A stretch of 20,872 bases of DNA from Candidatus Micrarchaeia archaeon (GCA_046538155.1 JBKHJL010000020.1:1-20872); one strand, 5' to 3'. Counted from the stretch's first letter, positions 1-7,938 are shown. The notes: generated from the sequence alone by a model not told the origin. Program-made: numbers and translations.

Positions 1-171
1 GGCCACAGGATTGGTATGGGAAGGGGATGCTATGACTACTTTTTGAAAAACAAAAAATGCGTAAATGTTGGGGTTTGCTTTGGTTTTCAATTAGTAGATA
101 AAATTCCTGAGGAGCCTCATGACGTGGCCGTAAATATTATAGTGACTGAGCACGGCGTAGTTCGTATGTAA
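1..171 (+). CDS. 5-formyltetrahydrofolate cyclo-ligase, C-terminal part (5' truncated by window)
   Basis: My frame-1 translation is GHRIGMGRGCYDYFL...FQLVDKIPEEPHDVAVNIIVTEHGVVRM*. It matches the YgfA/MTHFS motifs RxGxGxGxYD and ExHD..v..ivTE. Not in the ORF track; the stop TAA (169-171) lies inside the palindrome. Confidence 0.9.
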   Translation, partial: GHRIGMGRGCYDYFLKNKKCVNVGVCFGFQLVDKIPEEPHDVAVNIIVTEHGVVRM

Positions 172-184
172 CCATGGTTACATA
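165..184. repeat. Palindrome copy 1, TATGTAACCATGGTTACATA (perfect, 20 bp)
   Basis: Read directly; self-reverse-complementary; overlaps the final ATG TAA of the upstream CDS. Confidence 0.95.
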
Positions 185-254
185 TACTTCAGTGGAAACC
201 TACCTTAAAACTATTTTTAAAGCTCAGCAGATAAGTTACTAATATAAATTTATG

Positions 255-292
255 TACATCCAATATACATTGGTGATACATTGAATATACAT
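255..292 (+). promoter_or_regulatory. Putative antitoxin operator: four TACAT boxes at 11-bp period, overlapping the RBS (GGTGA 272-276) and TTG start
   Basis: TACAT at 255, 266, 277 and 288; inverted repeat CCAAT-ATAC-ATTGG at 260-273; AT-rich TATA-like sequence at about 243-253. Confidence 0.55.
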
Positions 293-520
293 ATGCACTT
301 GAGGGGAGTTATGGAAACAATAGTAGAAAACGCAATAGAAAAGGGATATGCAACTTCAAAATCAGAAGTGATAAGGATGGCCCTGCTCAAGCTCGACGAA
401 GACCTTAGTCTATCGGATGAATCCGCGTACATGGCACTTTCAAAAGAAGCTATGAAAAAGGTGTGGGACAATCCAGAAGATGAGAAAGCATCAAAATTCC
501 ACCTAAGGGAAAAGAAATGA
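281..520 (+). CDS. Putative type II antitoxin, ribbon-helix-helix (CopG/ParD-like) DNA-binding protein
   Basis: 79 aa; N-terminal beta strand followed by GYATSKSEVIRMAL (RHH helix signature); acidic C-terminal region; ATGA overlap with the downstream toxin. Confidence 0.75.
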   Translation: MNIHMHLRGVMETIVENAIEKGYATSKSEVIRMALLKLDEDLSLSDESAYMALSKEAMKKVWDNPEDEKASKFHLREKK

Positions 521-846
521 GAAAAGGGGATTTATGCCTGGTGAGGGTTGACTTTATTGAAACATCAGAAAGCAAAGTGCGCCCCGCCATTATCATCTCC
601 AACAATTCATACAACAAATCCCACCCGGACCTGATTATTTGTTCTGTCACAACCAATTCTTCCCATGACTGCTTTCTGGAAATCAAAAAAGCAGATTTGG
701 CTTCCGGCCAGCTTTACCCTGGCAGCGGAGTGCGCTTTGATTCGGTTACCAGAGTTGATAAAGAGCGGTTTGGGAAGAAAATCGGGAAAGTTACTCCTGA
801 GTTTCATAGTGCCCTAGTTAATAGAATCACTGCCCTGTTTTCTTGA
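517..846 (+). CDS. mazF: Type II toxin, PemK/MazF family endoribonuclease
   Basis: 109 aa with MRKGDLCLV..F....K.RPAIIISNNSYN...DLIICSVTT and a C-terminal KIGKV, typical of PemK/MazF. Confidence 0.9.
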   Translation: MRKGDLCLVRVDFIETSESKVRPAIIISNNSYNKSHPDLIICSVTTNSSHDCFLEIKKADLASGQLYPGSGVRFDSVTRVDKERFGKKIGKVTPEFHSALVNRITALFS

Positions 847-863
847 ATATGAAATATCTTTAG

Positions 864-881
864 TGTAACCATGGTTACATA
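864..881. repeat. Palindrome copy 2, TGTAACCATGGTTACA(TA)
   Basis: 16-bp perfect core at 864-879; on the minus strand it contains the final ATG TAA of argH (880-875). Confidence 0.95.
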
Positions 882-2026
882 AAACGCTTGCCTACTTCCT
901 TGTATGCATCACGGAAGGGCGTACCTTGTTCTACTATTTTGTACGCCTCTTCTGTTGCATAAAGCTCCCTGCTCATAGCTGCTTTCATTTTTCCCTCATC
1001 CAACTCCAGGCCAGCAATTATCTTCTGCATTACCTTTAGAGAGCTCAGGGTTATTTTCATGGATTTGAGCGCAGGCCCCTTTGTAAGCTGGAAATCACGG
1101 TGATAACCGCTAATCAGGTTTGAGCAGATTCCCTTAATCATTGCTTCGTATCCGGAAACAACATGGTAGTTTGCACGGATTAATTCCAATGAATCAGGAT
1201 TAACTTTCTGGGGCATAATAGAACTCCCGGTGCAAAGCTCCTTTGGAAGCTTGAAAAATCCAAATTCTGGTGTGGAAAACAGGATTAAGTCGCTGGCCAT
1301 CTTGTTCAGGTCCAGCATCACGGAACCAAGCACATTCACTGCCAGGAGTTCGTATTTGCCGCGGCTATTCGCGCAATGGATTGGGTTCTCCTGGGTTTTT
1401 GCAAAGCCCAGTTTCTTGGTTGTGGATTCCTTGTCTATTTTGAGCGGGACTCCGTAGCCTGCAGCAGAGCCAAGCGGGTTTTTATCCAAAATTTTCTTCA
1501 CGTAACGGAGCAAAGCCAAATCATCCTCAAGCATATCCACATACGCAGAAAACAGCATTCCAGACGAGCTGGGCATTGCTTTTCTTGTATGCGTATAGCC
1601 AGGCATTGGAACATCTTTTTTCTTTTCCAGCTCTGTAATCAGCGCAGTTATTTCGGTTTCCAGCTTATGCAGGTGGTCCTTGAGATAAAGGCGCATCGCA
1701 ACAAGGCACTGGTCATTTCTTGAGCGTGCAGTGTGGATTTTCTTCCCGGTTTCCCCGAGCTTTTCCACCAGGTAATTCTCAATTGCAGTATGTGAATCCT
1801 CATCTTCTTTCGTTATTTCCAGGCTTTCAAGGTTTTTGAGTTCAGAAACTATGGATTCCGCTTCTTCCTTAGTGAAATAACCGCATTCCGAAAGCATCTC
1901 CGCATGTGCAATGGATGCCTGCACATCATGAGGCAGGAGTTCCTTGTCCAGCAGGTAATCCTCCCCTACTGTGTATTCCTCAACCTCTGCATCCAGCTCA
2001 TAGCCTTTTTTCCAGAGCTTACCCAT
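875..2026 (-). CDS. argH: Argininosuccinate lyase (short form)
   Basis: [26 protein letters not shown], signature [13 protein letters not shown] and PFRDAY. Likely start MGKLW at 2026, overlapping the argG stop. Confidence 0.95.
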   Translation of the reverse strand: MGKLWKKGYELDAEVEEYTVGEDYLLDKELLPHDVQASIAHAEMLSECGYFTKEEAESIVSELKNLESLEITKEDEDSHTAIENYLVEKLGETGKKIHTARSRNDQCLVAMRLYLKDHLHKLETEITALITELEKKKDVPMPGYTHTRKAMPSSSGMLFSAYVDMLEDDLALLRYVKKILDKNPLGSAAGYGVPLKIDKESTTKKLGFAKTQENPIHCANSRGKYELLAVNVLGSVMLDLNKMASDLILFSTPEFGFFKLPKELCTGSSIMPQKVNPDSLELIRANYHVVSGYEAMIKGICSNLISGYHRDFQLTKGPALKSMKITLSSLKVMQKIIAGLELDEGKMKAAMSRELYATEEAYKIVEQGTPFRDAYKEVGKRFM

Positions 2027-3281
2027 CTTCAGACACCACATATTTTCCAAGGCCGCTCTTGTCTATCAGTGCCTTGTGCGCCTTGAGGCGGAGCCCGTTT
2101 ATCTTGATGAATCCTGCGGAGTCCTTCTGGTCAAAGCCCCCTTCAATATCCATGCTGGAAAGCTCCTTATCGTATAGTGAAGTCGGGGATTCACGTGCAA
2201 CAGGCATTACGTTTCCCTTATAGAGCACAAGCTCAACCCAGCCATCTATAAGCTCCTGGGATTGGTTGAATGCAGACATCAGGAAGTCCATTTCCGGGGA
2301 AAACCAATAACCATTGTAGATTAGTTCAGCAAACTTCGGGACCAGGGAATCACGCAGGTGCATCACCTCCTTGTCCATTGCAATTCCTTCTATATCCCGA
2401 TGCGCGGCCCAGAGAATAGTTGCCCCGGGGGTTTCGTAAATCCCGCGGGACTTTATCCCAACGTACCTGTTCTCCACAATATCCAGCATCCCGATTCCGT
2501 TCTCCGCACCAAGCTTGTTCAGGTACTGGAAAAGCTCCAGGGGTTTTTCCACAACAACTCCTTCTTCTAAGTTTTCCACCTTGACCGGAAGCCCGTCCTT
2601 GAAGTGGATTTTAATCCTGGTTTCCTTGTCCGGTGCATCCTTGGGAAGTTTCACCTTGCTGTAAACATTCTCAGGGCAGGAAGCTGCAGGGTCTTCAAGC
2701 ATACCTGATTCGTGGCTGATGTGCATCAGGTTGTCATCCTCGCTGTAGCTCTTCGCATGAGTTGCGGTTACGGGGATTTGTTTTTCCTTTGCGTATTCAA
2801 GAAGGTCTTTTCTTCCCTTGAACCTGTCCAGGAAAGACTTTGTTTTCCAGGGCGCAACAACCTCCAGAGAGGGATTCAGGGCAAAATAGGTAAACTCAAA
2901 GCGAACCTGGTCATTCCCCTTTCCTGTTGCTCCGTGGGAAACGTATTTTGCGCCTTCTTTCTGCGCAATCTCCACCTGCTTTTTTGCAATAAGGGGGCGG
3001 GCAAGGGCAGTGCCAAGGAGGTAGTTGCCCTCGTATACCGCGTTCCCCTTAAGAGCCTGGAAAATATAATGGGTTACGAATTCCTCTTTCATATCTTCGA
3101 TGTAGACCTTGGACGCGCCAATCTTTAGCGCCTTTTCCTTTGCAGCATCAAAGTCTTCCTCTTGCCCTACATCCGCAATGTAGGCAATTACCTCGTACCC
3201 TTCATCCATAAGCCATTTCAGGATGCAGGAGGTGTCCAGCCCTCCCGAATAGGCCAATACAACTTTCTTATTCTGACTCAT
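2019..3281 (-). CDS. argG: Argininosuccinate synthase
   Basis: [26 protein letters not shown] and [16 protein letters not shown]. Start ATG 3281 (alternative GTG 3290). Confidence 0.98.
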   Translation of the reverse strand: MSQNKKVVLAYSGGLDTSCILKWLMDEGYEVIAYIADVGQEEDFDAAKEKALKIGASKVYIEDMKEEFVTHYIFQALKGNAVYEGNYLLGTALARPLIAKKQVEIAQKEGAKYVSHGATGKGNDQVRFEFTYFALNPSLEVVAPWKTKSFLDRFKGRKDLLEYAKEKQIPVTATHAKSYSEDDNLMHISHESGMLEDPAASCPENVYSKVKLPKDAPDKETRIKIHFKDGLPVKVENLEEGVVVEKPLELFQYLNKLGAENGIGMLDIVENRYVGIKSRGIYETPGATILWAAHRDIEGIAMDKEVMHLRDSLVPKFAELIYNGYWFSPEMDFLMSAFNQSQELIDGWVELVLYKGNVMPVARESPTSLYDKELSSMDIEGGFDQKDSAGFIKINGLRLKAHKALIDKSGLGKYVVSEDG

Positions 3282-3336
3282 AGGAACCACAGGGTTCTTG
3301 GGAAGGAATCATATATTTAAACTCTCTGCTCTAAAC

Positions 3337-3369
3337 GTTACAAATATAATCTATTTGTTCCAAATATAA
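3337..3369 (+). promoter_or_regulatory. Direct repeat GTT(A/C)CAAATATAA x2 in the argG / ACT-gene divergent intergenic region; putative operator
   Basis: GTTACAAATATAA at 3337-3349 and GTTCCAAATATAA at 3357-3369; 12/13 identical, 20-bp period. Confidence 0.5.
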
Positions 3370-3372
3370 CTT

Positions 3373-3969
3373 ATGGAAAAGCTGAGCGAACTTGTATGGC
3401 TCTATGTAAAGGGGCGGCCGTCACTCCGGGAGGGGCTGAAATATGGAATAATAAACCATAGTGCGCTTGCGCGCATAATCATTGAAGAACTGGGCTTGCC
3501 TGAAGAGAAGTTTGATGCGGTGAAGGTTGCATTAATCCGCACCTCCAGAAAGCTCGCGGAAAAAGAGATTGGGGGAAAAGAAAAAATACTGGATGTGCTG
3601 AGGGGAAGCTCAATCTCAATTCAGACTAAGGTAGCTGCGGTTGTTTCCAGGAAGGAACTGGACCTTAAGGCGATTACCCATGCAAAGAGCGGGAAGTACA
3701 TTACGTATATTATAGAGGAAGGCGAGCTGAAGAAAGTGCGCAAGGAGCGGGGAATCAAACTGCTTACAGAGAAACTCAATCTTGTAACAATCAGGAGCAA
3801 GGAGGAGATTGAGGAGACTCCGGGCGTAATTGCGTTTATACTGAATGCGCTTGCTCATGAAGGAATAAATGTGGTGGAGTTTATTTCATGTTATACTGAC
3901 ACAATACTGGCAATAAAAGAGCGGGATACCTCCCGCACTTATGAATTGCTGTCTTCGATCCTGGAATGA
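3373..3969 (+). CDS. ACT-domain protein, putative amino-acid-responsive regulator
   Basis: N-terminal helical/HTH-like GIINHSALARII; C-terminal ACT-like ETPGVIAFILNALAHEGINVVEFISCYTDT; divergent from argGH. Confidence 0.75.
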   Translation: MEKLSELVWLYVKGRPSLREGLKYGIINHSALARIIIEELGLPEEKFDAVKVALIRTSRKLAEKEIGGKEKILDVLRGSSISIQTKVAAVVSRKELDLKAITHAKSGKYITYIIEEGELKKVRKERGIKLLTEKLNLVTIRSKEEIEETPGVIAFILNALAHEGINVVEFISCYTDTILAIKERDTSRTYELLSSILE

Positions 3970-3970
3970 T

Positions 3971-3989
3971 GTATGTAACCATGGTTACA
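3971..3989. repeat. Palindrome copy 3, GTATGTAACCATGGTTACA
   Basis: 19 bp identical to 164-182. Extends to GATGT-A-TGTAACCATGGTTACA-ACATC (3968-3994) with one bulged base. Confidence 0.95.
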
Positions 3990-4030
3990 ACATCTAAAGT
4001 GTTTAATTCCCTTGTTACCTAACTAAGGTT

Positions 4031-4645
4031 ATGATACGCATAGGTGTTCTTGCTTCGGGCCGCGGTTCCAATTTCCAGAGCATTATTGATGGAATAAAGG
4101 AAGGTAATATAGAAGGGGAAATCGTAATTCTGGTTACGGATAAGGCAGATGCTGGGGCAATAGAGCGCGCAGAACAAAACGGGATTCCTTCAGAAGTAGT
4201 GCTCAGGAAGAATTTTGAATCGCGTGAGCACATGGACAGGGAAATCCGCAGAATCCTGGATGAAAAGCAGGTGGACCTGGTAGTGCTTGCAGGGTATATG
4301 CGCATCATCAGCTCCGAACTCCTCGGTCCATATGAGAACAAGATGATCAATATCCACCCCGCGCTCCTCCCTTCATTCCCAGGAACAACTGGCGCAAAGG
4401 ACGCATTTGAATACGGAGTAAAGGTTTCCGGGTGCACTGTGCATTTTGTAGATGGAGGAGTGGACACCGGCCCAATCATAGAGCAGACCTGCGTGCGCAT
4501 AGATGACTGCAAAACTCCTGAAGAGGTTGCAGCGAAAATTCTTCCTTTTGAGCATCAGACCATGCGCAGTGTTGTTGCCAATTTCTCAAAGGGAAGATAT
4601 GTGGTTGAGGGAAGAAAGGTCCGGTACGAAAGGCAAAAGGATTAA
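4031..4645 (+). CDS. purN: Phosphoribosylglycinamide formyltransferase
   Basis: IGVLASGRGSNFQ, VLAGYMRI, NIHPALLPSFPG and GCTVHFVDGGVDTGPII. Confidence 0.97.
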   Translation: MIRIGVLASGRGSNFQSIIDGIKEGNIEGEIVILVTDKADAGAIERAEQNGIPSEVVLRKNFESREHMDREIRRILDEKQVDLVVLAGYMRIISSELLGPYENKMINIHPALLPSFPGTTGAKDAFEYGVKVSGCTVHFVDGGVDTGPIIEQTCVRIDDCKTPEEVAAKILPFEHQTMRSVVANFSKGRYVVEGRKVRYERQKD

Positions 4646-4669
4646 TTTATTCCCCCCGAGTGCACTTTT

Positions 4670-5968
4670 ATGTACGAGGTATGGGGCGGCTGGGTTATCA
4701 CTTCAGAAGGGATAAAGGAAAACTACTCACTTGCAATTGAAAAAGGTATAATCAAAGACATGGGCCCAAAGGAAGAGATGCGCAAAAAGTATAATTTTGA
4801 GGATTCCATAGGAAAATATTCCCGCATTGTCTGCCCAGGGTTTGTGGATGCGCACATGCATTCTTTCCAGATTGCAACCAAAGGCCTCACAGCAGACGAG
4901 AGCCTGTTGGAGTGGCTCAAAAAATACATCTGGAAATGGGAGGGAGAACTCACAAAAGAAAAGGCAGAGGCATGTGCAGAAGCCGCATACCTCCATATGC
5001 TTCACTGCGGAGTAACCTGTTTTTCCGATTATGCTTCTGTGCATCACGTGGATGAGGCTTTCAAGGCAGCAAGGAAATTCGGTATGCGTGCTGTTATAGG
5101 AAAAACCCTTATGGACCGCAAGTCCCCCCCTGAACTCCAGCAGGATACCGATACCTGCCTGAAGGAAACCAAATCCCTATTAAAAAAATGGCATGGGCAG
5201 AAAAAAGGGTTGCTCAGTTATGCAGTCACCCCCAGGTTCTGCATAACTGCAACCGATGACCTGCTCCGGGGCTGCAAAAAAATCTGCGATAAATACAACG
5301 TGCTCTTCCGCACTCACACCGAAGAGAACATGAATGAAGTGAAATGGGAAAGAAAAGAATATGGAAAAAGCAGCATCCGGCACCTGGACAAGCTCGGGCT
5401 CCTGAACGAGCGCACCCTGCTCACCCACTGTGTCTGGACTTCCAAAAAAGATACCGATCTGATGGCAAAAAAGAAGGTCTCAGTTGCACACTGCCCGGGT
5501 TCGAATATGCTTCTCGCAAGCGGGGCAGCTGATACTCCATATATGCTAAAGAAAGGGGTCAATGTCTGCCTTGGGACTGATGTCGCAGCATATTATAATT
5601 TCAGTATGTTCGAGCAGGCAAGGCTTGCCTGCCTGATGCAAAAAGAAGAGAGGCACGACCCCCATGCAATGGACCATCTGCGGGCATTCTATATGGCAAC
5701 AAAGAACGGTGCAAAGGCTCTGGGGCTCAAAGACACTGGAGAAATTAAAGTAGGCAAAAAAGCAGATGTGATACTTTTATCCACAACCCATCTCGCATTC
5801 TCTCCATTAAATGAGGTAATCAGCCAGATTGTCTACTCCGCCTCCCCCTATACAGTTAACTCCGTGATCTGCAACGGGAAAGTGCTGATGCGGGAAAGGG
5901 AAGTGCTGGTTACAGATGCAAGGAAAATAATGTACCGCTCAAAGGAGATATTGGGCGTGAAAAAATAG
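4670..5968 (+). CDS. Metal-dependent amidohydrolase (guanine deaminase / MTA-SAH deaminase family)
   Basis: PGFVDAHMH, TPRF, HTEEN, HCPGSN, LGTD and GKKAD motifs; substrate not determinable from sequence. Confidence 0.85.
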   Translation: MYEVWGGWVITSEGIKENYSLAIEKGIIKDMGPKEEMRKKYNFEDSIGKYSRIVCPGFVDAHMHSFQIATKGLTADESLLEWLKKYIWKWEGELTKEKAEACAEAAYLHMLHCGVTCFSDYASVHHVDEAFKAARKFGMRAVIGKTLMDRKSPPELQQDTDTCLKETKSLLKKWHGQKKGLLSYAVTPRFCITATDDLLRGCKKICDKYNVLFRTHTEENMNEVKWERKEYGKSSIRHLDKLGLLNERTLLTHCVWTSKKDTDLMAKKKVSVAHCPGSNMLLASGAADTPYMLKKGVNVCLGTDVAAYYNFSMFEQARLACLMQKEERHDPHAMDHLRAFYMATKNGAKALGLKDTGEIKVGKKADVILLSTTHLAFSPLNEVISQIVYSASPYTVNSVICNGKVLMREREVLVTDARKIMYRSKEILGVKK

Positions 5969-5970
5969 CA

Positions 5971-6366
5971 TTACACATCAAATAGGATAGTGAGGTGCCA
6001 GTCCCCGTTTTTTTTCTCTACCTTGAGGCGGTGGTAAGTTACGGCCTTTATTTCATTCGGAGGAACTGCATGCTCCCCCCGCACTATTATCCTGGCCATA
6101 GGCTCCCCCTCATTTACTTCCATCACCTCAACGCCAACAGGAGAAATCTCCCTTATCTCGCACTGGGCAACAACCTGCTGCAGCAAATCCACAACCAAAT
6201 CCTTAAGCGTGGGGGAATGCACCTCCACTTCAAAATCCGTTTCCTCGTTTTCCCCTTTTCCAATAAGCTCAAAAGACCCCATTACTGCATCATGGAGCGC
6301 ATCGCTGAGCGTGGGTGCCTGCACTTCAAGAAGCTCGTCTGCAGTGTGCTCAAGATAGCGGTACAT
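5971..6366 (-). CDS. Archease (RtcB tRNA-ligase cofactor)
   Basis: Starts MYRYLEHTAD; contains EIKAVTYH; ends ILFDV. Confidence 0.93.
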   Translation of the reverse strand: MYRYLEHTADELLEVQAPTLSDALHDAVMGSFELIGKGENEETDFEVEVHSPTLKDLVVDLLQQVVAQCEIREISPVGVEVMEVNEGEPMARIIVRGEHAVPPNEIKAVTYHRLKVEKKNGDWHLTILFDV

Positions 6367-6419
6367 GCACAAAAAATGGAAGAAGGAGTTTTTAAGCATA
6401 ATACCAGCTAAATACCATC

Positions 6420-7784
6420 ATGAGTTTCAAAAAAGCCAGCGAAGGGGACATATTAACAGACGCAGAATGCATAATTTCCAGAAAAATAAGGTCAGGAGGG
6501 CGTTCCATTTACAAAATAACAGATGGAGAAGGCGAACTGGAGTTTGAAAGCGGTTCCTACTTCCCTGTGGGGCAGGGTCTGAAAGTTTCCGGTAGAATAT
6601 ACAAAGACCGGGGATTCCTTAAGATAAATGTGGCTTCCCTCCAGAAGGCCGATGGGCTTTACTCAAGAATACTGCAGAAAATTGAAAACGGTGTGAAAAC
6701 AAAGGATGTGCCTTTTCTTGCTTCCGGGGAAACAATGGAAAAGCTCAGGGATGGGATACATGCATGCGCAAGGAAGCTCCTGACAGCAAAAAAAACCAGA
6801 AGGTTCTGCCTGCTGAGGTTCCATAATGATGCAGACGGAATATCCGGGGCGCTGGCCCTCACAAAAGTAATAGATGCTTACACATCCCAGCAGAACTCTG
6901 CCACATATTCAGTATTTGATGCAATGCGGGATATAAATACCCTCCAGGGGGAAGAACACCCCCTTGCGATACTCCTGGATTTTGGCTGTGGGGGAGAAAG
7001 CAGGGAAGGGCTCGAGCTGTTGAAAGCCAGTGGTGCAGAAGTGATGGTAATAGACCACCATCCAGATACAGGGAAGGCAGAAGATAATGCAGATATTTTC
7101 CTTAATCCTTGGGTGATAAACAACTCAGAAAGCGCTTCATCATATACAGCAGGATACCTTGCGGTGGAGATTGCCCGGGCCTGCGGCGAGCCCGAAGCAG
7201 AGTCCCTTGCCCCGGTCGCATGTGCAGGGGATAAGAGCACCATCATAGAAATAAGCGAAAAAGATGTGGAAAGGGCCCTGGTAATGGACTACATGGCAAC
7301 TTACGCCGGTTTCAAAAACAAGCTGGAGTTCTACAGAAATGCACTGGAAAACCCGGACCTGTATTCGTCTGTTCTCATCCAGGCAAAGGAAGCCCTTGAA
7401 AAGATTACAGAAGATGTGAAAGCAGGCATGAAAAAAAGGCTGGACGGCCCGGTATGCGTCTATACAGTTGATACAGAAAGGGTCAAGAGCAGAGAATTTC
7501 CAGGAAAAGGAAAAATAACTACCCGCTGTTTTGAGCTGGTGGGGAAACGGCCCGCGGTTGTGCTGGGATTCTGGAACAGGGGCCTTTCTTTCAGAATAAA
7601 TGATGGGGCAGTCAGCAGAGGGGTGGTGGCTGACGGGATGATAGAAAGTTTGAAAGAAGAGATGGGGGATTTTGTCCTTGGAGGGGGAGGACATGCAAGA
7701 GCCGCTTCAATAAGAATAAGGGGAGGGTTCGTGGACAGTGTGATGGAAAAAATAATTGAAATGGTAAAGGAAAAAGAGGAATAG
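6420..7784 (+). CDS. RecJ-like DHH/DHHA1 phosphoesterase with N-terminal OB-fold-like region
   Basis: RFHNDADG, LLDFG, VIDHH and C-terminal GGGGHARAA. Resembles the archaeal COG1107/HAN-type nuclease without the Zn finger. Confidence 0.85.
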   Translation: MSFKKASEGDILTDAECIISRKIRSGGRSIYKITDGEGELEFESGSYFPVGQGLKVSGRIYKDRGFLKINVASLQKADGLYSRILQKIENGVKTKDVPFLASGETMEKLRDGIHACARKLLTAKKTRRFCLLRFHNDADGISGALALTKVIDAYTSQQNSATYSVFDAMRDINTLQGEEHPLAILLDFGCGGESREGLELLKASGAEVMVIDHHPDTGKAEDNADIFLNPWVINNSESASSYTAGYLAVEIARACGEPEAESLAPVACAGDKSTIIEISEKDVERALVMDYMATYAGFKNKLEFYRNALENPDLYSSVLIQAKEALEKITEDVKAGMKKRLDGPVCVYTVDTERVKSREFPGKGKITTRCFELVGKRPAVVLGFWNRGLSFRINDGAVSRGVVADGMIESLKEEMGDFVLGGGGHARAASIRIRGGFVDSVMEKIIEMVKEKEE

Positions 7785-7839
7785 CATTCAAGCACGAATT
7801 TTTAAATACTTGTAACAACATAATAGAAAAATGGATGGA

Positions 7840-7936
7840 GGGGTCATGGCGTAACCTGGTAGCGCGGCAGGCTCCAGAGGGGCTAAGCCCCAAGAGAAGA
7901 AACCTGCATGTTGGGGTTCAAATCCCTATGACCCCA
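7840..7936 (+). tRNA. tRNA-Trp(CCA) with a ~24-nt intron at 37/38 (7878-7901)
   Basis: Acceptor GGGGTCA/TGACCCC+A; anticodon stem GCAGG/CCTGC; CT-CCA-G; T-loop TTCAAAT; intron hairpin GGGGC-TAA-GCCCC. Confidence 0.9.
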
Positions 7937-7938
7937 TG

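Noticed and set aside
164..3989. Palindrome copies as a CRISPR array
   Set aside because: Only 16-20 bp long, separated by about 0.7 and 3.1 kb of genes, and no cas genes are present.
164..3989. Palindromes as classical integron attC sites
   Set aside because: TAAC and GTTA are only 4 nt apart, with no L boxes or extrahelical bases; far shorter than attC, and no integrase in the window.
4015..4512. 165-aa ORF antisense to purN, and similar shadow ORFs (7140-7694, 13871-14455, 14521-14964, 10035-10376, 12212-13114)
   Set aside because: They lie antisense to or overlap well-supported conserved genes and show no recognisable motifs.
7872..7899. UGA-suppressor or recoding idea, because the intron GAAG would pair perfectly with a TCA anticodon
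   Set aside because: The encoded anticodon is CCA, and TGA ends conserved genes at expected positions (e.g. pelota, mazF), so there is no sign of UGA reassignment.
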